A stretch of 64,000 bases of DNA from Candidatus Parcubacteria bacterium (GCA_039799225.1 JBDLTF010000003.1:6606-70605); one strand, 5' to 3'. Positions 37,703 to 48,158 are shown, counted from the stretch's first letter. Numbers and translations: made by a program. Notes: generated by a model not told the origin, from the letters alone.

Positions 37703-39463
37703 TTAACTCTTCCTCCTTTTGGCAATCTCTCCTTTCCTCATCGATAACACCTGACACTTCTGAGCGAGTTCGGCGACACGCGCACCATCACCCGCCTTCT
37801 CAGCAGCCTTGAGCTCATTCATGGATAGGATAAGTTCTTCTGCAACCATATCTTCCTCGAAATTAAACAGAAGCTCTTTCATATGATTCTTCCAATCCGC
37901 AGCATCATTTCCATAGAATGCTTCGGCCTCGAATGCGAGATCTCCGAGAAGTGGTTCGATCCTGGCCAAACGCACCTCATATGAGGCATCCGCCATTTTC
38001 TTGATTTGAATGCGATACTTCTCTGCTTCAGCCGCCTCTTTCTTCTCAATCAATGCAAGCAGTCCGAAGAGACGGCGCTCAACAAGGTCGATACGGCTAG
38101 ACGTAGGTATCGTATCTGGTTTTGGATGTTGAGTCTGCTTTGGATTTGTATCAATAGGCTTGATAGTTTTTGCGAACGCCCTCAAATCATCCCACACAGC
38201 TTGTTCGGATACATTTGTCTTGTCTGAAATCATCTTCACATAGAGTGCCTTATCCATCTCACTATCCATACGTGCGAGATACGGGAAGATGCGATCCTTC
38301 ACCGAGCGACCCATTTTGTGTGGATCAGAAACATCCTTGAGGACATTGTTCAATTCATACTCGATCACATGCTTAGCGTTGCGCAATATATCCTTCCAAC
38401 CTTCAGGATTCGCGAGAACAATATCTGCCGGATCCTTCCCTCCTTCTATATCAGCTATCTTCACTGCCATACCGAGTGCGAGTGCTGTCGTCGCCACTGC
38501 GCGCATTGCCGCCACTCTTCCCGCCTTGTCGGAATCGAATGCGAGAATCACATTTGGAGACAGCCTGCGCACAAGATTGAGATTGCTTACTGCACCTGGT
38601 GTGTTTGCGGAGTCAGCAGTGAGCGCTGTGCCTGATGATGCGACGGTATTCTTGATACCTGCTTGATGTGACATGACGAGGTCCATCTGTCCTTCCACGA
38701 GAATGGAATAATTCATACGGCGTATATCTCCTTTGGCTTTGTCGAGACCATACAAAATTTGAGACTTATCAAAAAGAGGACTGTCAGGACTGTTCAGATA
38801 TTTCGCAGCTTTACCATCATCGAGCTTGGGATGAATACGACCCGTGAATCCGATGACGCGACCACTGGTATCGTTGATCGGGAACATGATGCGTCCACGG
38901 AAACGGTCATAGAACTTCCCTGCGTCATTCTTCTTCCCGAGACCAGCCTTCTCGATGAGAGCATCGGGAAATTTCTTGCCACGAAGATGGTCAATGAGAT
39001 TTTGCCATCCCTCAGGCGCCCAGCCGAGGCGGAATTCTGCGCGAGTCGGGTCAGTGATACCACGCTTCTTCACATATTCGAGTGCTTCTTTTGATTTTGA
39101 CAGCTCACTCTCGAAATAATCCGTCGCAACCTCCATAATCTGGAAGAGTCTGTCTCTCTCACCATCTGCCTTCGCGTCGAATGTCAGCTGGACACCTGCC
39201 CTCTCTGCAAGCACTTTGAGTGCACCGCGGAAATCGAGTCCTTCGAATTGTTCAACGAATGTGAAGATGTCGCCCTTAGCACCGCACCCGAAACAATAGT
39301 ATCCGCCACGGTCCGGGGATACGAAAAAGGAAGCGCTCTTCTCATTATGGAAAGGGCACTTTGCTTTGTACGAGGCACCAGACTTCTCGAGCTTCACATA
39401 TTGCCCGATAACTTCATTGACCGGTAGGCGCTCTTTGATCTGTTCGACGGCGGTTCGGTTCAT
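37703..39463 (-). CDS. dnaG: DNA primase DnaG
   Basis: Zinc ribbon CPFHNEKSASFFV...CFGCG, a Toprim domain (ILVEGQMD, DSDKAGR) and the dnaG-rpoD gene order. Confidence 0.92.
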   Translation of the reverse strand: MNRTAVEQIKERLPVNEVIGQYVKLEKSGASYKAKCPFHNEKSASFFVSPDRGGYYCFGCGAKGDIFTFVEQFEGLDFRGALKVLAERAGVQLTFDAKADGERDRLFQIMEVATDYFESELSKSKEALEYVKKRGITDPTRAEFRLGWAPEGWQNLIDHLRGKKFPDALIEKAGLGKKNDAGKFYDRFRGRIMFPINDTSGRVIGFTGRIHPKLDDGKAAKYLNSPDSPLFDKSQILYGLDKAKGDIRRMNYSILVEGQMDLVMSHQAGIKNTVASSGTALTADSANTPGAVSNLNLVRRLSPNVILAFDSDKAGRVAAMRAVATTALALGMAVKIADIEGGKDPADIVLANPEGWKDILRNAKHVIEYELNNVLKDVSDPHKMGRSVKDRIFPYLARMDSEMDKALYVKMISDKTNVSEQAVWDDLRAFAKTIKPIDTNPKQTQHPKPDTIPTSSRIDLVERRLFGLLALIEKKEAAEAEKYRIQIKKMADASYEVRLARIEPLLGDLAFEAEAFYGNDAADWKNHMKELLFNFEEDMVAEELILSMNELKAAEKAGDGARVAELAQKCQVLSMRKGEIAKRRKS

Positions 39464-39540
39464 GTGTGCCTATAGTATAGGGTATAACGAAACGCGAAGT
39501 AAGACTTGACCTTACTCCGCGTTCGTATTGCTCGCTGTTG

Positions 39541-39613
39541 TGCCAAGGACCAGGATCGAACTGGTGACCCTTCCCTCTTCAGGGGAATGCTCTACCAACT
39601 GAGCTACCTTGGC
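39541..39613 (-). tRNA. tRNA-Phe (anticodon GAA), CCA not encoded
   Basis: The reverse complement folds as acceptor GCCAAGG/CCTTGGC, D-arm GCTC-AGTTGGTA-GAGC, anticodon stem TTCCC/GGGAA with loop CTGAAGA, and T-arm ACCAG-TTCGATC-CTGGT. Confidence 0.85.
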
Positions 39614-39629
39614 ATTATTGTGACGAAAC

Positions 39630-39926
39630 CTATTGCAAAAGATCCTTGAGCGATCCAGCGGCTGTCTGCGCCGCATCGATGTTGCCCTGGAGACCCATCA
39701 AGCCACCTTGTACCTGCTCATACGCACCGAGCATAGTCTCCATGTATGGCTGTATGAAATAGAACGCGCCGAAGCTGATGACAATTATGACTACCCAATA
39801 CACTATCCTGAACGCCAACGAGAACCGAGTCGCGCGGCGAATAGATCTAAGTATTTCGTTGTTCTCTTCTGTGAGCTTATGGGTCCGCTCGAGAAGAGAG
39901 CGCTCTTCAGGTGTCATGGAAAACAC
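39630..39926 (-). CDS. Hypothetical small membrane protein
   Basis: Single TM helix (FRIVYWVVIIVISFGAFYF). It sits between two tRNA genes. The strand assignment is tentative. Confidence 0.3.
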   Translation of the reverse strand: MFSMTPEERSLLERTHKLTEENNEILRSIRRATRFSLAFRIVYWVVIIVISFGAFYFIQPYMETMLGAYEQVQGGLMGLQGNIDAAQTAAGSLKDLLQ

Positions 39927-39990
39927 TCTACCAGAAAATTAACTTTATCGCAAAAGTAGTGTAGAGTGTTGAGCGTTACTTCACATATCC

Positions 39991-40062
39991 GCCCTTGTAG
40001 TTCAATGGATAGAACAGTTCCGTCCTAAGGAATAGATGTAGGTTCGATTCCTACCAAGGGCA
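39991..40062 (+). tRNA. tRNA-Arg (anticodon CCT), CCA not encoded
   Basis: Acceptor GCCCTTG/CAAGGGC, D-arm GTTC-AATGGATA-GAAC, anticodon stem GTTCC/GGAAT with loop GTCCTAA, and T-arm GTAGG-TTCGATT-CCTAC. Confidence 0.75.
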
Positions 40063-40246
40063 CACATGAGCGAAGCGAATTTGTGACCGAAGAGCAGGTG
40101 CCTGCGCACCTGCGTGTAGGAATCGAAAAGGTTGAGCATATTTTCAAGGAGCTTTGCTCCGAGAAAATGCGAAACCTATACCGTTCCTGTAAGGAAAGAT
40201 TCCTCAATGAGCACATTGACCTACTGGGTACCGAGGGCACCAGACG

Positions 40247-41233
40247 CTACTCCCCATCCTCATCCGTTCCTACTGTCGCACCTCCACTCTTCTCAAATTC
40301 CTTGAGCGCTTCAGTGATCGGCTCGAACTTCCCTGCCATAATGCCGGGAATATTGTGCCATGACTGCTTGATACGGTGATCAGTCACACGATCTTGTGGG
40401 AAATTGTAGGTACGAATCTTCTCAGAGCGTGAACCAGTACCGATCTGACCCTTGCGGTTAGCAGCAAATTTCTGTGACTCCTGCTCTTCTTTGAGAGCTT
40501 CAAGCTTGGCGGTGAGAATCTGGAGAGCAAGCTCACGGTTGGCACCCTGACTGCGTTCTGCGGTCGAGCGCACGTCGATACCTGTCGGCTTATGAATGAG
40601 ACGCACAGCAGACTCAACTTTGTTGACGTTCTGTCCTCCCTTTCCGCCCGCACGCGAAAATTCCATATCGAGATCTGCAGGATTGATGACGAACTTGGAC
40701 TTCTTGCGGATAGGCATGATAGCCACGGTCACTGTCGAGGTGTGCACGCGTCCCATCTTCTCAGTTTCAGGCACACGCTGAACACGATGAACACCCGTTT
40801 CCCAACGGAGTGCGTCATATGCATCCTTGCCCCTGATTTCGACTGAAACTTCTTTGTATCCACCGAGGTCATTCTTGGATTCGTCAACCATCTTGGTCGA
40901 CCAACCTTTTATTTCAGCATACCTCTTATACATATCGACGAGTTCAGCGGCAAAAAGCGCAGCTTCATCACCACCCGCACCTGCGCGGACTTCAAGAATC
41001 ATTTCCTTCGGCTTCTCTTCTTCGACTTCATCAGCAGCGAGAATAGCGTCCATTTCTTTCTTCATAGAATCCTTCTGTTCGACGATAGATGCGAGCTCGT
41101 GTTCGGCCATCTCCTTCATTGTCGGATCAGCTTCGATCATGCCACGAACTTCAGCTTCATCTTTGAGCAATTTTTCATACAGTCCCGCCATAAATGCGGT
41201 CTTTGGATTTGATTTGTACTGCTCGGTATTCAT
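40247..41233 (-). CDS. prfA: Peptide chain release factor 1
   Basis: GGQ motif ([17 protein letters not shown]) and the RF1-type PxT tripeptide (RVPETE) rather than the RF2 SPF. Confidence 0.8.
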   Translation of the reverse strand: MNTEQYKSNPKTAFMAGLYEKLLKDEAEVRGMIEADPTMKEMAEHELASIVEQKDSMKKEMDAILAADEVEEEKPKEMILEVRAGAGGDEAALFAAELVDMYKRYAEIKGWSTKMVDESKNDLGGYKEVSVEIRGKDAYDALRWETGVHRVQRVPETEKMGRVHTSTVTVAIMPIRKKSKFVINPADLDMEFSRAGGKGGQNVNKVESAVRLIHKPTGIDVRSTAERSQGANRELALQILTAKLEALKEEQESQKFAANRKGQIGTGSRSEKIRTYNFPQDRVTDHRIKQSWHNIPGIMAGKFEPITEALKEFEKSGGATVGTDEDGE

Positions 41234-41311
41234 GGGATAAGTATATGGTATCGCCGGTAAACTACAAAACGAGACGCTTTCACGTCTCGCTTTATAAATG
41301 CGGTCAGATAT

Positions 41312-41566
41312 CTATTTCTTTGACTTCGCGAGGCGATTCTTGAATTTCTCGACGCGTCCTGCAGTGTCGATAGTCTTCTCCTGGTTCGTGTAGAACGGAT
41401 GGGAAGCGCTTGAGATTTCGACATAGTGCACTGGGTACTCCTTACCGTCGGTCCACTTTGCGGTCTCCTTGGTAGCGATAGTAGAAGGTATCAAAAACTT
41501 AACACCGCTGGAGTTGTCGGCGAAGATTACTGAACGATAGTTCTCTGGATGGATTTCCTTTTTCAT
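41312..41566 (-). CDS. rpmE: 50S ribosomal protein L31 type B (no zinc ribbon)
   Basis: [29 protein letters not shown]...[10 protein letters not shown] is the bL31 signature, without a CxxC pair. Confidence 0.85.
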   Translation of the reverse strand: MKKEIHPENYRSVIFADNSSGVKFLIPSTIATKETAKWTDGKEYPVHYVEISSASHPFYTNQEKTIDTAGRVEKFKNRLAKSKK

Positions 41567-41641
41567 GCGGACAAATATAACATGAAGGCCTAAGAAGAGC
41601 AAGCGGCGTATAAAAAAGCACCCCGTGGGGTGCCGTGAAAA

Positions 41642-42340
41642 TTAGGTGACTGTTCGTGTTGAGGGGAATCCGCACCCACAAGGTGTCTCATGACAACCGA
41701 AGCACCCTGAGCCGAAATGAATCTCAAACTGCTCTGCCATGTCGATTCCCTGCATACAGGTCGCCGTGCCACAAATATGAGCAGCGACATCACAGGACTC
41801 ATCAATCGCATCCTTGAGGAATTGAATCTGATTCGTTCCGGTGAAGTTATCAACTGCTTCAGTCAGTTCGCAGACTTCCTGAAGAAGATGTACAGCTTCA
41901 CCCTGAAGGGTATTGTTCGGATATATCGCCGCAAACATATCTTGAAAACCTTTCAATGAAGAAGGCTTCGTCAAGATAACAGCTGTCGGCGGTGTGAAGA
42001 GAGGAATCTCTTGACCACATCGGCAGGGTCCCTGTTTGCAGTGAAAACAATTTCCCGGAAAACGCTTCCAAAGCTCGTCTTCCAGAAGAAAACCGAGTCC
42101 ATTAGCTGTCGCCAATAGCCACGAAAAGGCCATCGTTAAATGGTACTCGACTGAACCAACCTTCTCCTTTGTAGCCGCTTTTTGCACACGCCCCGTGTAG
42201 CGGGTAATGCGAGCGACTCTGCGGAGATTACCGAAGGACCGATGATTTGTCGGACCGTAGATATTTTCGTTGAGGCCCTGTAATGAAACAAGGCTTAGAT
42301 TTCTGATAGCAGACGGGTTTGAAACGAATACACCATTCAT
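41642..42340 (-). CDS. MazG-like tandem-repeat protein with two unusual C(F)xC-x3-PCxC cysteine knuckles; putative nucleotide pyrophosphohydrolase
   Basis: Two half-repeats each end in CFHCKQGPCRCG or CFGCHETPCGCG. E.CEL.EA...and...AIDES.D helices resemble the MazG EExxE/D metal motifs. Confidence 0.35.
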   Translation of the reverse strand: MNGVFVSNPSAIRNLSLVSLQGLNENIYGPTNHRSFGNLRRVARITRYTGRVQKAATKEKVGSVEYHLTMAFSWLLATANGLGFLLEDELWKRFPGNCFHCKQGPCRCGQEIPLFTPPTAVILTKPSSLKGFQDMFAAIYPNNTLQGEAVHLLQEVCELTEAVDNFTGTNQIQFLKDAIDESCDVAAHICGTATCMQGIDMAEQFEIHFGSGCFGCHETPCGCGFPSTRTVT

Positions 42341-42361
42341 GTAATTATCCTTTCTCGTTGT

Positions 42362-43621
42362 GTGAATGTTCTTTTGTTTCAAACTACGTCTGCCGAACAG
42401 CTTTGTCAACATCACTACACCAGTGAGCATTCTGCTATAATACACTCCATCATGAGTTCCCCCGTCTCCCGTTCGCATATGATCTACACGATCGCCGTGA
42501 TCGGATTTATATACACTCTCCACATCGTCTTGCCGATGTATTCGAACTCGAGCTTCCTCTCACTCTTCGCAGATGAACGCACCGTCGGATTCATCTACAT
42601 GATTGGAGCTGTGGTATCCATTCTCGCCTATCTAATTTCTCCGTACATCATCCGCCGCTTCGGCAACTATGCGACCTCCATTGGTCTCATCTGTATCCAG
42701 ATCGGACTCTTCTGGGGCATCATCTCAGCTGATTCTGCTGGAGCAATTGCGACCTTCTTCATCCTCCAAGCGGCAATCGTATCTCTAATTGGATTGTCTC
42801 TCGACATATTCTTGGAAGCATACACAGATGGACATCATGTAGGCACTATCCGTGGTCTCTACACGACCGTACTCAATGCCTCATGGCTCATCGGCCCACT
42901 TCTCGGCGGCATGCTCATCAACGGTACGGAGAACTATCGCGACACCTATGTCGCAGCGCTGGCCATGCTCTTCCCGCTCCTCTACCTCATTCATCGCAAT
43001 TTCCCGAGGTTCAAGGATCCCAACTATATGCACTTGTCGCCATGGCAACTGGTGAAGCATATTTCTTCCAATAGAAATTGGGTTAAACTTTTCACTGCCA
43101 ACATTGTCCTCCAAACATTCTACGCATGGATGGTCATATACAGTCCTATTTATCTCCACAGCACTGTCGGATTTACCTGGGAAGAGATCGGCATCATCTT
43201 CACCATCATGCTCGTACCATTCCCACTCATCCAGTATGAGCTCGGTAAGCTTGCAGACAAAAAATATGGCGAGAAAGAAATCATGGCTATCGGATTTTTC
43301 GTCATAGGAGTCTCTACTGTCGCACTCTCACTTATAACTTCCTCGAATGTGTTCGTCTGGGCATTCGCACTCTTCATGACTCGTATGGGCGCTGCCGCTG
43401 TCGAGATCATGATGGAAATTTATTTCTTCAAGACTGTCCCTGCTCGCGACACAGCGACCCTTGGCATGTTCCGCATCACTCGTCCGATCTCAAACTTCAT
43501 CGCTCCACTCATCACTGGTGCCGCTCTTATCTTCACTACACATGGCAACCTCTTCGCTATAATCGGTGTCATCACACTTATCGGTCTCTATCCGGCGCTG
43601 ACAATCAAAGATACGAAGTAA
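42362..43621 (+). CDS. MFS-type transporter (about 12 TM). The true start may be the internal Met near 42452.
   Basis: Twelve hydrophobic segments with a central loop, in an MFS-like arrangement. Confidence 0.65.
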   Translation: MNVLLFQTTSAEQLCQHHYTSEHSAIIHSIMSSPVSRSHMIYTIAVIGFIYTLHIVLPMYSNSSFLSLFADERTVGFIYMIGAVVSILAYLISPYIIRRFGNYATSIGLICIQIGLFWGIISADSAGAIATFFILQAAIVSLIGLSLDIFLEAYTDGHHVGTIRGLYTTVLNASWLIGPLLGGMLINGTENYRDTYVAALAMLFPLLYLIHRNFPRFKDPNYMHLSPWQLVKHISSNRNWVKLFTANIVLQTFYAWMVIYSPIYLHSTVGFTWEEIGIIFTIMLVPFPLIQYELGKLADKKYGEKEIMAIGFFVIGVSTVALSLITSSNVFVWAFALFMTRMGAAAVEIMMEIYFFKTVPARDTATLGMFRITRPISNFIAPLITGAALIFTTHGNLFAIIGVITLIGLYPALTIKDTK

Positions 43622-43625
43622 GACG

Positions 43626-43651
43626 AAAAATCCCGCAGCTGCGGGATTTTT
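43626..43651. terminator. Bidirectional rho-independent terminator
   Basis: aaaaatcccgcag-ctgcgggattttt. Confidence 0.65.
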
Positions 43652-43653
43652 AA

Positions 43654-44430
43654 TTATATCTTCGTTGCCTCCATACAGAGGAACATCGGTATCTCCTTCC
43701 TCATACGATCCTCTTCTGGACCGCGTGGGCCATTCTGACTCTTCTTGTGTGAGATCCACTCTTCGAGACGTGTGACTGCGAGGCCGTTTTTATTCAAATG
43801 CTTGAAAAATACCTGGAGAGGTCTGTGGAATGAGACAGTGAATTTCTTTTTTCGAGCGTCGCGCTCCCCTGGTGTCATATCTATTTCTATCTTCGCGTCA
43901 GACATATAGGCATCAAGACGGCGATACTGCATTGCAGACTCCTCGTCCCAACCCCAGTCAGATCTCTGTGGTATGCGGAATGATGGATGATTGACGACGA
44001 AGATGAGTCGTCCACCTGGCTTGAGTACGCGAGATGCTTCCGCAAATGTTCCTTGGAGGTTCTCGATATTTTGCAGAGCGAGAATGATAGTCACTGCGTC
44101 CATGGATCCATTGCCCATGAATGAAAGGTTGTCTGCAGGCGCCACATAATATTCAACATTTGAAGCTGCGGGGTGTGCCTTGGCCTTCTCGACCAATTCT
44201 GATGAGATGTCACTAGCCACGACATCTGCGCCATTCTGCGCAAATGCACGCGAAAAATATCCTTGTCCGCAAGCGACATCAAGGATAGCCATACCTGCCC
44301 TCGGTTCGACGATGCGAATGAGGTTGGGCATGAGGACATTCTTCTGGTATGAGTCAGGATTCTGCTCAAGCATATCGTCGTACCATTCGGCGACGCCGCC
44401 CCAAGAAGTCGTGGTGGGTTTCTTATTCAT
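43654..44430 (-). CDS. Class I SAM-dependent methyltransferase
   Basis: Motif I ILDVACGQGYFS, post-I ASDIS and motif II-like RVLKPGGRLIFVV. Confidence 0.8.
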   Translation of the reverse strand: MNKKPTTTSWGGVAEWYDDMLEQNPDSYQKNVLMPNLIRIVEPRAGMAILDVACGQGYFSRAFAQNGADVVASDISSELVEKAKAHPAASNVEYYVAPADNLSFMGNGSMDAVTIILALQNIENLQGTFAEASRVLKPGGRLIFVVNHPSFRIPQRSDWGWDEESAMQYRRLDAYMSDAKIEIDMTPGERDARKKKFTVSFHRPLQVFFKHLNKNGLAVTRLEEWISHKKSQNGPRGPEEDRMRKEIPMFLCMEATKI

Positions 44431-44521
44431 GGCTCAACAGTAGCATATTGTAAGAATATTGACAAGTGAGCTTTAATTATGCTATAATAGTATCTGAATC
44501 ACTTCACACAACCACCGAACA

Positions 44522-44839
44522 TTGAAAGGAGTCATCATGGCAATCTACAAATATATTTACTGGCGTCCAGACATTCAAGCAAAAAATCCTGGAAAACGGT
44601 TTGCAAACGTTCACCTACTTCAAGGATACACCAATGAAACCATCGCCCATTTCCAGAAAATGGCCGAGGAACTGAGGCTAACATTTCCTGAAGCGACGGA
44701 TGATAATGTCCGTTGCGGTAAGGTTCATAAGTCCCCGTATGTACTAGGATTCTCAATCATTGCATACGATGCGGAGATCCTTGAAGGTGACTACCCTGGA
44801 TGGATTTCCTGTCAAAAACCTGGCGACTATTTTTGGTAA
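44522..44839 (+). CDS. Hypothetical protein (105 aa)
   Basis: ORF followed by the terminator hairpin ccgctagacag-gcaat-ctgtctagcgg+TTTCTTC. No motif recognised. Confidence 0.35.
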   Translation: MKGVIMAIYKYIYWRPDIQAKNPGKRFANVHLLQGYTNETIAHFQKMAEELRLTFPEATDDNVRCGKVHKSPYVLGFSIIAYDAEILEGDYPGWISCQKPGDYFW

Positions 44840-44920
44840 TACACCCTCACCGCTAGACAGGCAATCTGTCTAGCGGTTTCTTCTTGCCCAAAATCCCTCC
44901 CTATGTTATATTATCGACCT

Positions 44921-45169
44921 ATGATAAATGCAGAAGTAACACGCAACCCAAACGAGAACGCCCTTGGCGTGATTCGCCGTTTTACCCGCAAAGTGCAGGG
45001 TTCTGGCATCATCCAGCGCAAGCGCGGCCTCCGTTTCGCTACGCGTACCCAGTCTCCGTATAAGGTCAAAGTTAAGACCTTGAAAGGCATCAAGCGCCGC
45101 GCAGATATGGCAGAGCTCATCAAACTCGGCAAGGCCCCGGTCAAGCCAGAGCGCGGAGCTCGCAAATAA
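44921..45169 (+). CDS. rpsU: 30S ribosomal protein S21
   Basis: ALGVIRRFTRKVQGSGIIQRKRGLRFATRTQSPYKVK parallels the bS21 pattern ALRRFKRKVQKAGIL.E.RRR.FYEKPS.KRK. Confidence 0.7.
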   Translation: MINAEVTRNPNENALGVIRRFTRKVQGSGIIQRKRGLRFATRTQSPYKVKVKTLKGIKRRADMAELIKLGKAPVKPERGARK

Positions 45170-45550
45170 GTGCCTCTTTTCACTCTCATCAACGAGACGA
45201 AATCCAAAATCCCCTCGATCCCCTTCGAGGGGATTAAAGATGCCTGCTTGGGAAAGTCTTACAAGCTCAATCTCATTTTCACCACCTCCGAGCGCATCAA
45301 ACAGCTCAATACTATCTATCGCGACAAGGAACAGGCCACTGATATCCTGAGCTTCCCTATTTCAGAGACTGAAGGCGAAATATACATCTCCGAAAAGGAG
45401 TCTCGTGCAGAAGCCAAGAAATTTGACCGCGAATATGTGAACTTTATCGGGTTCCTTTTCATCCACGGTTGTACCCATTTGAAAGGCCATGACCATGGGG
45501 CTATAATGGAAGGTATAGAGATCGAAGTTCGCAAGAAATTCGGCATCTAG
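45170..45550 (+). CDS. ybeY: rRNA maturation endoribonuclease YbeY
   Basis: The conserved zinc-binding motif IHGCTHLKGHDHG matches H..LHL.G.DH. Confidence 0.8.
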   Translation: MPLFTLINETKSKIPSIPFEGIKDACLGKSYKLNLIFTTSERIKQLNTIYRDKEQATDILSFPISETEGEIYISEKESRAEAKKFDREYVNFIGFLFIHGCTHLKGHDHGAIMEGIEIEVRKKFGI

Positions 45551-45561
45551 CTCCACTCTAC

Positions 45562-46743
45562 ATGGCTCGAAATATAATTACCGGTATCGATATCGGCAGC
45601 TACTACGTAAAAGTGGTTATTGCCAATGCAAAAGAGCGCACCGAGCGCGGCTTTCCTAAGATCGTGGGCGTCGGCGTCGCTGAATCTCGCGGTCTTCGCC
45701 ATGGCTATGTCACCAATGTCCGCGACGTCGCCGAGAGCATCAAGAAGGCAGTGAAGATTGCCGAGGAAAAATCTGGCATCAGTATCAAGAAAGCATTCAT
45801 TGGCGTCGGAGGTATCGGTCTCGGATCGACTGCGGTCACGAGCACCATCATCACATCACGCGCAGACGCAGAAATTACTGAGATCGATCTCAAAAATCTC
45901 CAGGAACAATGTGAGAAAGATATTCCTCAAGCCGCTCGTGCCAACCGCCGCATCATTTACGATATTCCTCTTCAGTACAAAATAGACAACTTCCCTTCGC
46001 TCGGCGCACCGCTCGGCATGACTGCAAATAAAATCGAGCAGAAGACTCTTTTTATTACCTGTCTCGAACATCACGTCGCTGATCTCATCGCCGCAGTCAA
46101 TGAAGCTGGCATCGCCGTCGAAGACGTCATGGCTGCGCCTATCGCGGCTGGATTCGTCACACTTTCCAAGACTCAGAAGATAGCTGGATGTGTCCTCGCC
46201 AACATCGGTGCAGAGACGGTTTCTATCGCGGTATTCGAAAACAATATTCCTACATCTCTCGAAGTATTCCCTCTTGGATCTACAGACATCACCAACGACA
46301 TCGCGCTTGGTTTGAAAGTTCCTCTCGAAGAAGCTGAACAGATAAAAATCGGTGCTATCACCGGTTCTTCATACCCTCGCAAGAAACTCGAGGAAATTAT
46401 CAGTGCACGTCTCTCCGATATTTTCGAATTGATCGAAGCACATCTCAAAAAGATTGGCAGGAATGGTCTGCTCCCTGCAGGAGTGATCATCACTGGTGGA
46501 GGATCCGCATTGAATTCGATCGACGATCTCGCCAAGATGGCACTCAAGCTCCCTGCACGCATTGGTTCTATCGGAACACTCGATGGTAAGTCGTCATTCA
46601 AGGACAATCCGCTCGCGGTCGCCTATGGTCTCTGTATCTGGGGTATTCACGCCGAAGAGACTCCAGAGATAGATACGACCAAGGAATTTTTCGTACATCT
46701 CAGCAAGCGCGTGAAGAGGTGGTTCAAGCAGTTGATGCCATAG
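45562..46743 (+). CDS. ftsA: Cell division protein FtsA
   Basis: Actin-like ATPase N-terminus ITGIDIGSYYVKVVIA, the GGG motif (IITGGGSAL) and the ftsA-ftsZ gene order. Confidence 0.9.
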   Translation: MARNIITGIDIGSYYVKVVIANAKERTERGFPKIVGVGVAESRGLRHGYVTNVRDVAESIKKAVKIAEEKSGISIKKAFIGVGGIGLGSTAVTSTIITSRADAEITEIDLKNLQEQCEKDIPQAARANRRIIYDIPLQYKIDNFPSLGAPLGMTANKIEQKTLFITCLEHHVADLIAAVNEAGIAVEDVMAAPIAAGFVTLSKTQKIAGCVLANIGAETVSIAVFENNIPTSLEVFPLGSTDITNDIALGLKVPLEEAEQIKIGAITGSSYPRKKLEEIISARLSDIFELIEAHLKKIGRNGLLPAGVIITGGGSALNSIDDLAKMALKLPARIGSIGTLDGKSSFKDNPLAVAYGLCIWGIHAEETPEIDTTKEFFVHLSKRVKRWFKQLMP

Positions 46744-46906
46744 TCCGCACACCACAACCAAAATCCACAATACCGTCAACTTGCGCCCTTTTTCAGGCTT
46801 GGTATCATAGTACCGTTACCTGGACATTCGCAGTAAAATAATTTTTCAAGTGGCTCACGGCCACTTTTCATTTTTTTATAGCGATGAGGTACACTACTCT
46901 ACACAC

Positions 46907-48112
46907 ATGCCCAACATAACTCCTGACATCGAAGCATTCGCACGCATCAAGGTTCTTGGCGTAGGCGGATCAGGCGGCAACGCAGTCAATCACATGATCA
47001 CCTCCAAAGTTCGTGGAGTTGATTTCATCGCAATCAACACAGACTCACAGGATCTCCATCGCTCGATGACCAAGAAGCGTGTGCACATCGGCAAGAACAT
47101 CACTCGCGGACTCGGTACTGGTATGAATCCTGATCTCGGCAAGCGCGCAGTCGAAGAGACTCGCGATGAGATTCAAGAAGTAGTGAAGGGTGCAGATATG
47201 GTCTTCGTCACCTGCGGACTCGGTGGCGGTACTGGTTCTGGTGCATCACCAATGGTCGCTCGTGTCGCCAAGGAGCTCGGCTGTCTCACTGTCGCCGTCG
47301 TTACCAAGCCATTCTTCTTCGAAGGACGCCAGCGCTCACGTATCGCAGAAACTGCACTCGAGGATCTCCGCAAAGAAGTCGACGCTATCATCGTCATCCC
47401 CAACGACCGCCTCCTTTCTGCTATTCACAAAGAGACCAGCGTGAAGAATGCCTTCGCTATGTGTGATGAAATTTTGCGCCAAGCAGTCGAAGGTATTTCA
47501 GACCTCATCACCACTCCCGGACTCATCAACATCGACTTCGCAGATATCCGCACGGTCATGGAGAATGCTGGCTCAGCACTCATGGGTATCGGTTCTGCTT
47601 CAGGCGAGAATCGTGCTATTGAAGCTGCTAAGGCCGCTATCAACTCACCACTCCTCGATGTTTCTATCACTGGCTCCAAGGGTGTACTCTTCTCTATCGC
47701 TGGTGGTGAAGATCTCACCATGTTCGAAATCCAGGATGCTGCAAAGGTCATCACCGAGTCTATCGATCCAGAAGCTAAGATTATCTTCGGTACCGTCCGC
47801 GACGACAAGCTCAAGAAGAATGAGATCAAGATTACTGTTATCGCCACAGGCTTCCCTGAGTCCAACACTCCTCAGTCTCGCCCTGCTGGTACTCCATTGT
47901 CCGCTGAGCCAACCATTGCATCTATCATGAAGAGTGTCGTTGATCGCCCTGAGAAGATAGAAACTCCTGCAAAGCCTGAACGTGGACGCATCTTCAACTC
48001 TATGTCTGACATCCGCCGCGATGCTCCTGCTGAGAAAAAGGAGGAAAAGAAAGATGACGATGATGATTGGGGTGCAATACCTGCCTTCCTCAGAAGGTCG
48101 AGACTCAAGTAA
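46907..48112 (+). CDS. ftsZ: Cell division protein FtsZ
   Basis: Tubulin signature GGGTGSGASPMVA, N-terminal GVGGSGGNAVNHM and the T7 loop NIDFADIRT. Confidence 0.93.
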   Translation: MPNITPDIEAFARIKVLGVGGSGGNAVNHMITSKVRGVDFIAINTDSQDLHRSMTKKRVHIGKNITRGLGTGMNPDLGKRAVEETRDEIQEVVKGADMVFVTCGLGGGTGSGASPMVARVAKELGCLTVAVVTKPFFFEGRQRSRIAETALEDLRKEVDAIIVIPNDRLLSAIHKETSVKNAFAMCDEILRQAVEGISDLITTPGLINIDFADIRTVMENAGSALMGIGSASGENRAIEAAKAAINSPLLDVSITGSKGVLFSIAGGEDLTMFEIQDAAKVITESIDPEAKIIFGTVRDDKLKKNEIKITVIATGFPESNTPQSRPAGTPLSAEPTIASIMKSVVDRPEKIETPAKPERGRIFNSMSDIRRDAPAEKKEEKKDDDDDWGAIPAFLRRSRLK

Positions 48113-48121
48113 GGTTTCAAT

Positions 48122-48153
48122 AAAAAAAATCCCGCGACCAACGCGGGATTTGT
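48122..48153. terminator. Bidirectional rho-independent terminator between ftsZ and the convergent gene
   Basis: aaaaaaaatcccgcg-accaa-cgcgggatttgtg. Confidence 0.65.
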
Positions 48154-48158
48154 GTGAT

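Noticed and set aside
40247-41233. Release factor 2 (prfB) with a programmed frameshift
   Set aside because: The tripeptide is PET (RF1-type PxT), not SPF, and the ORF is continuous from a normal start, so I called it RF1. TGA is used as a stop (for example recR at 17862-17864), so there is no evidence of UGA recoding.
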